From the NCBI GenBank assembly GCA_033549025.1, contig JAWSUS010000001.1, positions 32,001 to 96,000 on the forward strand: a stretch of DNA of 64,000 nucleotides, in the 5' to 3' direction. The position numbers and the translations under genes are program-made. This document shows, one piece after another, positions 7,332 to 16,156 of the stretch. Numbering within the stretch: the stretch's first letter is position 1; each line of letters opens with the position of its first letter. The notes below the pieces were generated by a model. The model did no database searches, had not been told where the DNA came from, and was given only the letters and a program-made list of their open reading frames with translations. The stretch comes from Desulfuromonadales bacterium (lineage in GTDB: Bacteria; Desulfobacterota; Desulfuromonadia; Desulfuromonadales; SZUA-540).

Positions 7332-8486
7332 TTAAGACAAGGGTCCGAGAAGTTCGCGGGCGATCACCAGGCGCTGCATCTCGCTGGTGCCTTCACCAAG
7401 CTCACAGGCCTTGGCATCGCGCAGGTAGCGCTCAACAGGAAATTGCCGCAGGTAACCGTAGCCGCCGTGAATCTGCAAGGCAGTGTTGGCGGCACGGGTG
7501 GCCACCTCGGAAGCCTGGAGCTTGGCCATGGCGGCTTCGCGGGTACCCTTCTCCCCGGCGGTTATCATGGCGGCGGCACGCCATACCAGCAGACGGGCGG
7601 CGTCTATTTCAGTGGCCATGTCGGCCAACATCCACTGGATAGCCTGGGCTTTGCCGATAGGCTGACCGAACTGCTTTCGGCGGCGGGCATAGGCCAGGGC
7701 TTCTTCGAGACAGGCACGAGCGATACCGATGGCCATGGCGGCCATACCGACACGACCCCGGTCGAGCACGGCCATAATATCGGCAAAGGCCTTGCCCTCA
7801 CGGCCAAGGAGCGCCTCATCAGGTAGCTGGACATTTTTCAACAGCAGCGAAGTGGTATCGGAAGACCGGCAGCCCATCTTTTTGAGTTTGGCGCCACGTT
7901 TGACCCCGGCGGATTCCGCCGGCACCAGAAAGGCGCTGATGCCCGCGTGCCGCTTGCCCTCCTGGCTGGAGGTTCGGGCCAGGACGATGAAAAGGCCGGC
8001 AACGGAGCCCAGGGTGACGAACATCTTGCTACCGTTCAGACGCCACCCTTCCCTCGTGCGTTCCGCCTGCGTCTGCAGAGAGGCGGCGTCACTGCCGGTG
8101 GTGGTCTCGCTGAGCGCCCAGGCCCCCAGCATTTCGCCGCTCGCCAGCGCAGGCAGATAACGCTCTTTCTGTTTTGAGGTTCCGCTTATCTTAAGGTGCC
8201 CAGCGGCCAGGGTATTGTGCGCCGTCAGCGTCAGGGCCGTGCCGCCATCATAGCGGGCGATCTCCTCCAGGACAATGGCATAACTGAGCAGGTCAAGCTC
8301 CAATCCACCGTACTGACGCGGGATGGCCATGCCCAACAAGCCTTCGGCAGCCAGCGCATCAATCGCGGCGCGGGGGAAAACCTCCGCTTCGTCCCACCGG
8401 GCCGAATGGGGGGCAATGTGCTGCTGCGCCAACTGACGGATGCGGTCACGCAACTTCTTCTGCTCGTCATTCAGGTCAAAAATCAT
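7332..8486 (-). CDS. Acyl-CoA dehydrogenase
   Basis: ALSETTTGSDA, LNGSKMFVT, RKQFGQPI, QIHGGYGY. Confidence 0.93.
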   Translation of the reverse strand: MIFDLNDEQKKLRDRIRQLAQQHIAPHSARWDEAEVFPRAAIDALAAEGLLGMAIPRQYGGLELDLLSYAIVLEEIARYDGGTALTLTAHNTLAAGHLKISGTSKQKERYLPALASGEMLGAWALSETTTGSDAASLQTQAERTREGWRLNGSKMFVTLGSVAGLFIVLARTSSQEGKRHAGISAFLVPAESAGVKRGAKLKKMGCRSSDTTSLLLKNVQLPDEALLGREGKAFADIMAVLDRGRVGMAAMAIGIARACLEEALAYARRRKQFGQPIGKAQAIQWMLADMATEIDAARLLVWRAAAMITAGEKGTREAAMAKLQASEVATRAANTALQIHGGYGYLRQFPVERYLRDAKACELGEGTSEMQRLVIARELLGPLS

Positions 8487-8510
8487 GGATCACGGCCATC
8501 TCGGAAGGAT

Positions 8511-8575
8511 AGAAAAGACAGGGCGGCCTCGCTAGCGGCCGCCCCAAAAAGGCGGGCCCTCGCCATGGAGGGCCC
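8511..8575 (-). terminator. Two tandem GC-rich hairpins, each followed by a T-rich tract on the minus strand
   Basis: GGGCGGCC/GGCCGCCC (8521-8544) and GGGCCCTC/GAGGGCCC (8554-8575). Confidence 0.55.
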
Positions 8576-8609
8576 TCATACTTGCGTATTGACTCAGAAA
8601 CCTTTGAGG

Positions 8610-9014
8610 TCAGGCCCGGGGCTTGATATTTTCCCGTACCCAGGCGTTGATGTCCTCGGTGCTGGTACCCGGAGTGAAAATTTCCTTGACGCCTACCGCT
8701 TTTAGGCCGGGGATATCGTCTTCCGGAATGATGCCGCCGCCAAAGACGGGCACATCGTCCGCCCCTTTGGACTTGAGCAGCTCGATGACCTTGGCGAACA
8801 GGGTGTTATGCGCCCCGGACAGAATCGAAAGGCTCACCGCGTCGACGTCTTCCTGGATGGCGGTGTTGACAATCTGTTCGGGTGTCTGGCGCAGGCCGGT
8901 GTAGATGACTTCAAAACCGGCATCGCGAAAGGCGCGGGCTACGATTTTGGCGCCGCGGTCATGCCCGTCGAGTCCCGGTTTGGCTACCAGCAATCTAAGT
9001 TTTCTTTCTGCCAT
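8610..9014 (-). CDS. Cobalamin-binding small subunit of an acyl-CoA mutase (MCM C-terminal domain)
   Basis: [11 protein letters not shown] (DxHxxG), SILSGAH, VFGGG. Confidence 0.93.
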   Translation of the reverse strand: MAERKLRLLVAKPGLDGHDRGAKIVARAFRDAGFEVIYTGLRQTPEQIVNTAIQEDVDAVSLSILSGAHNTLFAKVIELLKSKGADDVPVFGGGIIPEDDIPGLKAVGVKEIFTPGTSTEDINAWVRENIKPRA

Positions 9015-9037
9015 TGAGTTCTCTCCTTTTTTTGCCT

Positions 9038-9580
9038 CTATGATTCGATCCCCTCGCGGGCGGGCTGTCCTGAGTTGTAGTAATGCTTCACTTCCCTCAT
9101 TTCAGTCACCAGATCGGCTAAAGCGATGATATCGGGATGAGCGCCGCGACCGGTCATAACCAGTTCGGTGTGCGCGGGTTTCCGACGGATAAGTTCTTTG
9201 ACCTCGTCGACAGGGATGAGACCGAAATCGACGGCACAGTTGAGTTCATCGAGAATGACCAGATCGTAGTCCCCTGACAGCAGAATATCCCGAGCCTTTT
9301 CAAAACCGGCCTGCGCCATGGCGACATCCACCGGGTCAGGATTGGACTTGGACACGAAGGTATCGCGACCGACCTGTTCGATGGTGATTTCGGGCGAGAG
9401 CCGCTTGGCGGATTCCAGTTCGCCATAAACCGTGCTCCCCTTCATGAACTGCAGAATACGCACCTTGAATCCATGCCCGGCCGCCCGAAAAGCCAGCCCG
9501 AGCGAGGCCGTCGTCTTGCCCTTCCCATTGCCGGTATAGATCTGAATCAGGCCTTTTTTGAGGGGATGCCCCTTGCTCAT
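9038..9580 (-). CDS. cobO: Cob(I)yrinic acid a,c-diamide adenosyltransferase (CobO/BtuR)
   Basis: [32 protein letters not shown]. Confidence 0.93.
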   Translation of the reverse strand: MSKGHPLKKGLIQIYTGNGKGKTTASLGLAFRAAGHGFKVRILQFMKGSTVYGELESAKRLSPEITIEQVGRDTFVSKSNPDPVDVAMAQAGFEKARDILLSGDYDLVILDELNCAVDFGLIPVDEVKELIRRKPAHTELVMTGRGAHPDIIALADLVTEMREVKHYYNSGQPAREGIES

Positions 9581-9984
9581 TGACTTTCTCCCGAGGATGC
9601 TTTGGCCAGCATTTCCGGCGGCAAAGCCACCGGCCGGCGATCCTGCCCGATAACGACATGCACCGTACGCCCTTCGGCCAGCAGGCGCCCTTCCTGATTC
9701 AAGGCGCGATAGCTGAATTCCAGCACCTTGCCCTTGAAACGGTCCAGGGTCGTTTCGATGGTGATTTCATCTTCATAATAGGCGGGTGCCTTGTATTTTA
9801 GCTGCGCTTCGGCCACCACAATGAAATAGCCGGACTTTTCAAAATCGGTGTAGTTGAGACCGCGCTGCCGCAAGAAATCGGAGCGCCCTTCTTCAAACCA
9901 GACAAGATAATTGGAATGATGCACGATTCCCTGAGCATCCGTTTCGGCATAGCGGACGGTCAGACGGCAGGTGGTGGTAGTCAT
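9577..9984 (-). CDS. Acyl-CoA thioesterase (YbgC/4HBT hotdog family)
   Basis: VRYAETDAQGIVHHSNYLVWFEEGR. Confidence 0.9.
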   Translation of the reverse strand: MTTTTCRLTVRYAETDAQGIVHHSNYLVWFEEGRSDFLRQRGLNYTDFEKSGYFIVVAEAQLKYKAPAYYEDEITIETTLDRFKGKVLEFSYRALNQEGRLLAEGRTVHVVIGQDRRPVALPPEMLAKASSGESQ

Positions 9985-10100
9985 GGCATCCTTTTACGGC
10001 AGCCCCATCAGCCCGGTAACCGGAGAGCACAAGGGGTGAAACAGCGGTTGGCATGAAAAGAAACGCTTTTAAGCGCGCTAAAAAGATTTAACAGGCCGAA

Positions 10101-10129
10101 AATATAGCAACCACGAAAAAGGGTGTCAA
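10101..10129 (-). promoter_or_regulatory. Sigma70 promoter for the thioesterase-cobO-B12 subunit operon
   Basis: TTGACA-17 nt-TATATT with extended TG. Confidence 0.7.
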
Positions 10130-10185
10130 GAAGCTTCACGGAAATCTATAACAACTTTTGATTTACGTGAAAATGGCGCTCAAGG

Positions 10186-11103
10186 CTAGCGCCAACCGGG
10201 ATCGTCACCCTGCAGATTGTCGAGGATATATAGATAGGAATCATAGCGTTCGGCAGGGATCTTTCCCGCCTGCAGACCGCTTCGCACCTGGCAGCCGGGC
10301 TCGTTACGATGAAGGCAATTGCGGAAGCGACAGGGGGTTTGCTGAATATCTTCGAATCCGGGGAAAAAGTGGGCCAATTCCTGTTCCGAAATATCGACCA
10401 GACCGAAATCGCGAAAGCCGGGGGTATCGACCAGTTCGCCGCCGCTGGCCAGCGAATGCAAGGTTGAAACTGTGGTGGTGTGGCGACCGAGGCCGGTATC
10501 TTCACTCAAGTCACCAATGAGGAGATCAATACCTGGCACAAGGGCGTTCAGAAGAGAGCTCTTGCCGACCCCTGAAGTACCGACAAAAACGGCCCGGTGC
10601 CCTTGAGCGAGAAAATGGCGCAATGGGTCCAATCCGGCCCCACTGGCGGCGCTGACCGGAAAAACCGGCATGAGATCGCCATAGACTGCCTGCAGGGCAT
10701 CAAGAAACTCGGCGGTGGCTGGCAGATCGGCCTTGTTGACCACAAGAAACGGATCAATGCCGGCAGCCCGGGCGGCGACAATAGCCCGATCCAGGTAATG
10801 TCGGGGCGGCGGTGGTGTACAGCAGACCACCACGCCCAGCACATCAAGGTTGGCGGCAACCAGGCGGATTTTGCCGCGAGCATCCCGGCGCCGCATCTCC
10901 GTGCGGCGCGGCTGGCGGTGTAGCACCTCCCCACGGACGAGGACCTCGTCCCCCACCACATGACCGGATTGCCGCTTGACCCGCACCTGGCAACTGCGGC
11001 CGTCACCAAACCGTACTTCGACGGCAACACCGTAATGGGCCACGATGACGCCGGATTGACCCACTTCGTTTGAAAGCTTTCCTTTAGGTTGCGGCAACGA
11101 CAT
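10186..11103 (-). CDS. rsgA: Ribosome small subunit-dependent GTPase A
   Basis: Circularly permuted GTPase: NKAD, GTSGVGKSS, GRHTTT, DTPG; zinc finger CRFRNCLHRNEPGC. Confidence 0.95.
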   Translation of the reverse strand: MSLPQPKGKLSNEVGQSGVIVAHYGVAVEVRFGDGRSCQVRVKRQSGHVVGDEVLVRGEVLHRQPRRTEMRRRDARGKIRLVAANLDVLGVVVCCTPPPPRHYLDRAIVAARAAGIDPFLVVNKADLPATAEFLDALQAVYGDLMPVFPVSAASGAGLDPLRHFLAQGHRAVFVGTSGVGKSSLLNALVPGIDLLIGDLSEDTGLGRHTTTVSTLHSLASGGELVDTPGFRDFGLVDISEQELAHFFPGFEDIQQTPCRFRNCLHRNEPGCQVRSGLQAGKIPAERYDSYLYILDNLQGDDPGWR

Positions 11104-11345
11104 CTCCTCGCTTAAATGAGCCGCTGAAGCTCATCGGTTTCCGTGGCGGGTGAGAGTATAGATTCTTCCAGGCCGCCGGCAAAGAATAAACGACACACGG
11201 AAAAAGGGTTTAATTTCGGCCTTTGATCCTTTTTTGTCCTCATTCAACGATTTCAGCACCCCATAGAACCCGACATAGACACGTCCAACCTATTGATATC
11301 AGGTGGACACTACCAGACATCGCTCAAAATGACGATAGATATCGA

Positions 11346-11374
11346 ATGAAACTTCGTGCGACGCCGCCTATAGT
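11346..11374 (+). promoter_or_regulatory. Putative sigma70 promoter for the cytochrome c7 gene
   Basis: ATGAAA-17 nt-TATAGT. Confidence 0.45.
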
Positions 11375-11427
11375 GATGTCAACACGAAAGCACCACAAAC
11401 GAAAAACAACCAAAGGAGGTATCTGCC

Positions 11428-11700
11428 ATGCAAAAAATGTTCGCGCTACTGTCCGCCATCGCCCTGCTTTCTATTGCCGTAATCGCTACGGCGAGCGACA
11501 CCGTTGTTCTGGAAAACAAACGGGGAGCGGTCACCTTTAACCACAAGGCACACAGCGAATCCATCAGCTGCGACACCTGCCACGGCAGCGGGGAACCTGC
11601 CAAAATCGAATTCGATATGAAATCGGCTCATGCGCTGTGCAAGACCTGCCATGAACAAAAAAATGGTCCGACGAAATGTAATGATTGCCATCATAAGTAA
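11428..11700 (+). CDS. Periplasmic triheme cytochrome c7 (PpcA/c551.5 family)
   Basis: Signal peptide; VTFNHKAH; three CxxCH motifs (CDTCH, CKTCH, CNDCH); GPTKC; strong AAGGAGG RBS. Confidence 0.95.
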   Translation: MQKMFALLSAIALLSIAVIATASDTVVLENKRGAVTFNHKAHSESISCDTCHGSGEPAKIEFDMKSAHALCKTCHEQKNGPTKCNDCHHK

Positions 11701-11713
11701 TTCGTTATATAGT
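11685..11713 (+). promoter_or_regulatory. Putative sigma70 promoter for the monoheme cytochrome, overlapping the end of the c7 gene
   Basis: TTGCCA-17 nt-TATAGT. Confidence 0.55.
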
Positions 11714-11776
11714 GATGCGATTTTTAACAAAGGCTGTCCTTGAAAAACAGCCTGAAAACAACACGGAGGTTTTCTG

Positions 11777-12103
11777 ATGCGTAACATGATTAAAGTACTG
11801 GCCGCTTGTCTTCTGGTCGCTTTCGTTGCCACTTCTGCCCTGGCCGTAACCGGTGGGAACCCCAAAAAGGGGAAATATCTCTACAAGAAAAACTGCAAAT
11901 CCTGCCATACCGAAGGTGCTGAAGGCGGCAACCTGACTCCGCTGAGCAAGACCATGGCCCAGTGGGACCGCTTCTTCGAGCGTGACAAGCACGCTGCCAA
12001 GCCCGAAGCTTTCGAGGGCATCAGCGAGAAAGACCTGCTCGACATTCAGCAGTTCCTCTATGACCATGCCGCCGACGGCCCTCAGCCCCAGACCTGCGGC
12101 TAA
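11777..12103 (+). CDS. Periplasmic monoheme cytochrome c
   Basis: Signal peptide ending ALA; GNPKKGKYLYKKNCKSCH; C-terminal HAADGPQPQTCG. Confidence 0.9.
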   Translation: MRNMIKVLAACLLVAFVATSALAVTGGNPKKGKYLYKKNCKSCHTEGAEGGNLTPLSKTMAQWDRFFERDKHAAKPEAFEGISEKDLLDIQQFLYDHAADGPQPQTCG

Positions 12104-12128
12104 TTGCCAGACGCACAAAGAAACAAAT

Positions 12129-12166
12129 AAAAAATGGGAGCGGCCACATGCCGCTCCCATTTTTTT
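12129..12166. terminator. Bidirectional intrinsic terminator
   Basis: AAAATGGGAGCGGC/GCCGCTCCCATTTT between convergent genes. Confidence 0.85.
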
Positions 12167-12175
12167 GTCTGCCCT

Positions 12176-12880
12176 TCACCGAAAACTGATTTTTTTCACC
12201 CCCGGCATCTTGCTGATGACAGCGGTCAGCTCTTTGCCAATGCGCCGGTGATGGTTGGTCACTACCACATCGATCCTCACCTCGTCATGCTCCAGATCCG
12301 TCGTCATTTCCAGGTCGCTCACCCGAAGCTTCATCTCGCCAAACAAAGCCTCCAGATCGTCACAGAAAGCCTCCCGGTTGCAGGCGAGGACACTGAGCTT
12401 GAGATAGCGATCCTTGCCAATAAAAGGTTCAAGCTTCTTGAGAAACATCAGGCTCAGCAAAGCCAGAACCGTGCTGAGGATGGCCGGGAAGTAAAGTCCC
12501 ATGCCGATAGACATGCCGATGCCGGCAACGAGCCACAGACAGGCCGCCGTAGTCAGGCCACGAACCGAAATCCCTTCCTTGAGAATAACCCCGGCCCCGA
12601 GAAAACCGATGCCGGTGACGATCTGCGCGGCGACGCGGGCCGGGTCGAGGCGAACGACCGAGGTTCCCGGGATGTCTCCGTATTTGATAAAAAACGCCTC
12701 CGACACCACCATCATCAGACAAGAGCCGACGGTCACCAGCAGGTGGGTCCGCAAGCCCGCAGGACGCCCGTGTTTTTCACGCTCCAGGCCGATGAGTCCT
12801 CCGGCCAGGGCGGCCAAAAGGATTTTCGCGATCACTTCCAGTTCGTAATATCCCAAGTGCAGGGCAGATAACCAGGTCAT
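12176..12880 (-). CDS. MgtC/SapB family membrane protein
   Basis: IGLERE, PAGLRTHLLV, DPARVAAQIVTGIGFLGAG, GLTTAACLW. Confidence 0.93.
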   Translation of the reverse strand: MTWLSALHLGYYELEVIAKILLAALAGGLIGLEREKHGRPAGLRTHLLVTVGSCLMMVVSEAFFIKYGDIPGTSVVRLDPARVAAQIVTGIGFLGAGVILKEGISVRGLTTAACLWLVAGIGMSIGMGLYFPAILSTVLALLSLMFLKKLEPFIGKDRYLKLSVLACNREAFCDDLEALFGEMKLRVSDLEMTTDLEHDEVRIDVVVTNHHRRIGKELTAVISKMPGVKKISFR

Positions 12881-13278
12881 GGCTGCTCCACTCGAAAAAC
12901 CTTGGCTTGCGCCTTGGCGTATACCTGATCCTCAATCTTCAGTTCGGCCTGGACCAAAAGGATCCTCTTCTTCTCTTCAGTGATTTCCGCCGTGACCACA
13001 ACCTCCCGCTGGGTTGGGACAGGTCGCAGGTATTTGACGGCGATCTCCGCGGTAACAAAATGGTCACCGATGGAGCGGCAGGCGTAAATACAGGTTTCAT
13101 CCAGCAAGGTTGCGATGATTCCGCCATGCACGATATCCTGCCACCCCTGAAAGGATGCGGGGATACTCACCTTGCCGACCGCACTGCGCCTATCTTTATC
13201 GATAGAGAAGTGCACTTTAAGGCCGATTGGGTTGTCGGCGCCGCACACAAAACATTGCCCATCATCCAAAATCTCCAT
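12877..13278 (-). CDS. PaaI family thioesterase
   Basis: CFVCGADNPIGL, FQGWQDIVHGGIIATLLDE. Confidence 0.9.
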   Translation of the reverse strand: MEILDDGQCFVCGADNPIGLKVHFSIDKDRRSAVGKVSIPASFQGWQDIVHGGIIATLLDETCIYACRSIGDHFVTAEIAVKYLRPVPTQREVVVTAEITEEKKRILLVQAELKIEDQVYAKAQAKVFRVEQP

Positions 13279-13620
13279 ACTCTCTCCTCTTTCTACGCAC
13301 TGGCGATTTGATCAAACCTGTCTGTCGCTTCAGCTCGTTTTTTCTCTCGCCAACCGGGCAGGACAGAACGCCGCCGAGCCACAGCTGCCTGCGGCAATAT
13401 ACCATGGATAAAAAAATCATTCATCGCTTGCAATAACTTTTTTATTGAAATTTCAGTGAGTTGAAACCAGCGATGCAAAAGAGGCCCCGGTCTCCTATTT
13501 TAGGATGGATATTCTATTCATACATTGCCGGCAACCTCGGCCATCAAAGCATTACTGTAATTTCTGACTTTTATCATTTGATTTCAATAGGATAGAAACA
13601 ACATTCCTGGTTTTTCATTT

Positions 13621-13637
13621 TTGGCACAGAGCATGCT
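13621..13637 (+). promoter_or_regulatory. Sigma54 (RpoN) -24/-12 promoter
   Basis: TTGGCACAGAGCATGCT (GG-N10-GC), preceded by ~200 bp AT-rich DNA with IHF-like sites and a TCCTA-TTT-TAGGA palindrome at 13493-13505. Confidence 0.8.
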
Positions 13638-13682
13638 CTTACTATAAATCAAAAGGGAGAGAGAAATCCCGCAGGAGGAGTT

Positions 13683-13898
13683 ATGAAAAATCTATACAAC
13701 GCCCTATTAAGCATCCTGATTTTCACCGGCTCCGCTTTTGCCGCAGGACCGGCCATTGAAAGCCAGGGCATTTTAATTCCGTTGTTTATCGGCTTCGCGG
13801 CCCTGATACTACTCAACCAATTCGTCCCGGGTCTGCTTCGGTTGACCTCTCTGTTCAAAGGAGTAAGTCACACTTCGATCAACCGCCGGGTAAACTGA
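13683..13898 (+). CDS. Small signal-peptide-bearing membrane protein (71 aa), paralogue of the next gene
   Basis: AGGAGGAG RBS; signal peptide ending AFA; GILIPLFIGFAALILLNQFVPGLL...FKG. Confidence 0.75.
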   Translation: MKNLYNALLSILIFTGSAFAAGPAIESQGILIPLFIGFAALILLNQFVPGLLRLTSLFKGVSHTSINRRVN

Positions 13899-13942
13899 AC
13901 GGCAGAGCCTGATGACCGTTCAAAAATGAAAAGGAGGGCACT

Positions 13943-14173
13943 ATGAAAACCATGTCCCGTATCGCCATCGCAGCAACAATCCTGTTTGGTTCCGCCTCCT
14001 CGGTTTTGGCCGCCTCCGGCCTGCGCGAAGACAACAGCGGCATCGTCGTGTGGGTTTTCCTCGGATTCTGCGCCCTGATCGTAGTCGCTCAACTCCTCCC
14101 GGCCATCCTGCTGGCAGTCGGCATGGTCAAAGGTCTGGTCAGCACGAACGAAAAGGCCCCGCAAACCAATTAA
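13943..14173 (+). CDS. Small signal-peptide-bearing membrane protein (76 aa)
   Basis: AAGGAGG RBS; signal peptide ending VLA; GIVVWVFLGFCALIVVAQLLPAILL...VKG. Confidence 0.8.
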   Translation: MKTMSRIAIAATILFGSASSVLAASGLREDNSGIVVWVFLGFCALIVVAQLLPAILLAVGMVKGLVSTNEKAPQTN

Positions 14174-14182
14174 TTCCGCAAT

Positions 14183-14219
14183 TCTCAGGCGGTTGCCCAC
14201 GCGGTGCAACCGCCTGAGA
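14183..14219 (+). terminator. Strong 3' hairpin after the small-protein pair (no U-tract)
   Basis: 14-bp stem TCTCAGGCGGTTGC/GCAACCGCCTGAGA. Confidence 0.55.
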
Positions 14220-14431
14220 CATGAATCCCCCTCGCCCACCCTGCCCTCCAAATATCTCCCGAACAAAAATAAAATTTAATTTTATGGCGTTGTTTTTGCT
14301 ATTAACCGACCGGTGAACGTGGAAATCACAACGAATCCATGTTTCTGGGCATCTCAAGGATGGGCGGAGACATGGTCTCCGGGAAATAACAACATCCCAA
14401 TACCGCGATATGACAATTAAAGGAGCAAGAG

Positions 14432-15136
14432 GTGGAGCAAAAGAAGATTCTGCTGGTGGATGATATCGGGCTTTTTATCGCCATGGAAAAAGAATACCTG
14501 CGCCGGGAAAACTGCGTCCTTCTGTCCGCCCGCAGCGCCAAAGAGGCCCTCGAAAATACGAGAGCCGAAAAACCGGATCTGATCTTCATGGATCTTTACA
14601 TGCCCGACGGCGATGGCGATGAGGCGTGTCGGGCCATTAAATCCGACCCGGAACTGCGCCATATCCCGGTGGTCATGGTGACCAACAGTCAGGACGAAAA
14701 AGACCAGGAGCGCTGCCAGAAAGCCGGTTGCGACGATTACATCAACAAGCCAATCGATCGCAATATCTTTTTGACCACGGCTTACCGTTTTTTAAAAATA
14801 GCCGACGAAGACATCCGCCGTCGAAAGGTGAAAGTGGAGGTCCTGTACGGACCGGATCAGGACCAGATGGTACAGCGCCGGAGTATCGATCTGAGCCCCG
14901 GCGGCATGTTTATCGAGACGGATCGTATGCTGCGCCGCGATACGGAGATTTACCTGGAATTCACCCTGCCCGGCGCTGATGAACCCATCCACTGCCGCGG
15001 CCGTGTAGCCTGGGCCAACCACAAGAACTGGCTGCACAAAGAGGATGCCCCCCCGGGCCTGGCTGTTCAATTTGTGGATATGCCTCAGTCTTCGCAGGAG
15101 ATGATTCGGCATTTTCTGCGCACCAGCCCGTCATAA
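14432..15136 (+). CDS. Response regulator, REC + PilZ
   Basis: ILLVDD, FMDLYMP, KP; C-terminal DLSPGGMFI...GRVAW...GLAVQF. Confidence 0.88.
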   Translation: MEQKKILLVDDIGLFIAMEKEYLRRENCVLLSARSAKEALENTRAEKPDLIFMDLYMPDGDGDEACRAIKSDPELRHIPVVMVTNSQDEKDQERCQKAGCDDYINKPIDRNIFLTTAYRFLKIADEDIRRRKVKVEVLYGPDQDQMVQRRSIDLSPGGMFIETDRMLRRDTEIYLEFTLPGADEPIHCRGRVAWANHKNWLHKEDAPPGLAVQFVDMPQSSQEMIRHFLRTSPS

Positions 15137-15178
15137 GGCATAAGGAAAGCGGCACACAGTTGTAAGCCAGGGAATGAC

Positions 15179-16156
15179 CTAACGGGCGTTGGCGAGCAGG
15201 ATGGCGCGAATGGGGGCGGGATATCCTTCGATCGTTTTACCCGCCTCGCGCGGATTGAGAAAGTCCTGCAGCGACTCCGTCTGAATCCATTCGGTCCGGC
15301 GCTGCTCGGCGGAGGTGGTCGGGGTGATATCGATGCAGCGGATGTTTTCAAAGCCTGCCCGCTGCAGCCAGTGGGTCAAACAGGTGACTGTGGGCAGGAA
15401 ATAGACGTTATTCATCTTGGCGTAGCGCTCGGCAGGACAGAGCGCCATATCCCCCTCCCCCTCGATAATCAGCGTTTCCAGCACCAACTCGCCGCCTCGA
15501 CGCAGGTTGTGGCGCAACTCCATGAGGGCGTCAATGGGCGAGCGGCGGTGATAGAGAATCCCCATGCAGAAGATCGTATCGAAGTAACGCCGCAGCAGGG
15601 GCATTTCCTCGAACTTGGCGGGCAGACCATAGACGTTGGGAACGCGGGCGTAGTGCTGAAGCAGGCGAAACTGGAAGTAGAAGGTAAGATAGGGCTCCAG
15701 GCCGATAACACAGCGGGCACCCTCTCCGGCCATGCGGTACATGTAGTAGCCGCTGCTGCTGCCGACATCAAGGACTTTGCGATCACGCAAAGGAGCGATG
15801 TGATCCTTGACCCGGTTCCACTTTAAAGAAGAGACCCACTCACTGTCGATATCGATGCCAAAGATGGAGAAAGGCCCTTTGCGCCAGGGGCTATAACTTT
15901 TGAGAGCCTCCAGCAGCAGCTCGCCGGCGGCTTTATCTGCGTCTGCCGCCGTGCCGATGCGGACAGCGTCGGCGTTCAATTCGACAGAAGAGGCGCTCAG
16001 CTCCGGCAGTTCGGCAAAGGTGCGCAGGTAGCGCTGCCCCTTGACATCCACCTGTCCGATGTACTTTTCCTTGCGATCCAGCAGTTCGGCCAACGCTCCC
16101 GCGTAAGGGGTCAGTTCCAGCGCCTCGATGTCGCGGACGAGATCATGCATGCCCAT
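15179..16156 (-). CDS. cmoB: tRNA U34 carboxymethyltransferase CmoB
   Basis: PWRKGPF, IDSEW, LDVG, MGILYHRRSP, RYAKMNNVYFLP, TIEGYPAP. Confidence 0.93.
   Translation of the reverse strand: MGMHDLVRDIEALELTPYAGALAELLDRKEKYIGQVDVKGQRYLRTFAELPELSASSVELNADAVRIGTAADADKAAGELLLEALKSYSPWRKGPFSIFGIDIDSEWVSSLKWNRVKDHIAPLRDRKVLDVGSSSGYYMYRMAGEGARCVIGLEPYLTFYFQFRLLQHYARVPNVYGLPAKFEEMPLLRRYFDTIFCMGILYHRRSPIDALMELRHNLRRGGELVLETLIIEGEGDMALCPAERYAKMNNVYFLPTVTCLTHWLQRAGFENIRCIDITPTTSAEQRRTEWIQTESLQDFLNPREAGKTIEGYPAPIRAILLANAR

Noticed and set aside
9985..10095. Cobalamin riboswitch in the leader of the B12 operon
   Set aside because: No B12-box or other conserved core motifs recognisable
11104..11427. Cyclic-dinucleotide (GEMM) riboswitch upstream of cytochrome c7
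   Set aside because: Conserved GEMM elements not found; only an imperfect GTCCA...GGAC palindrome
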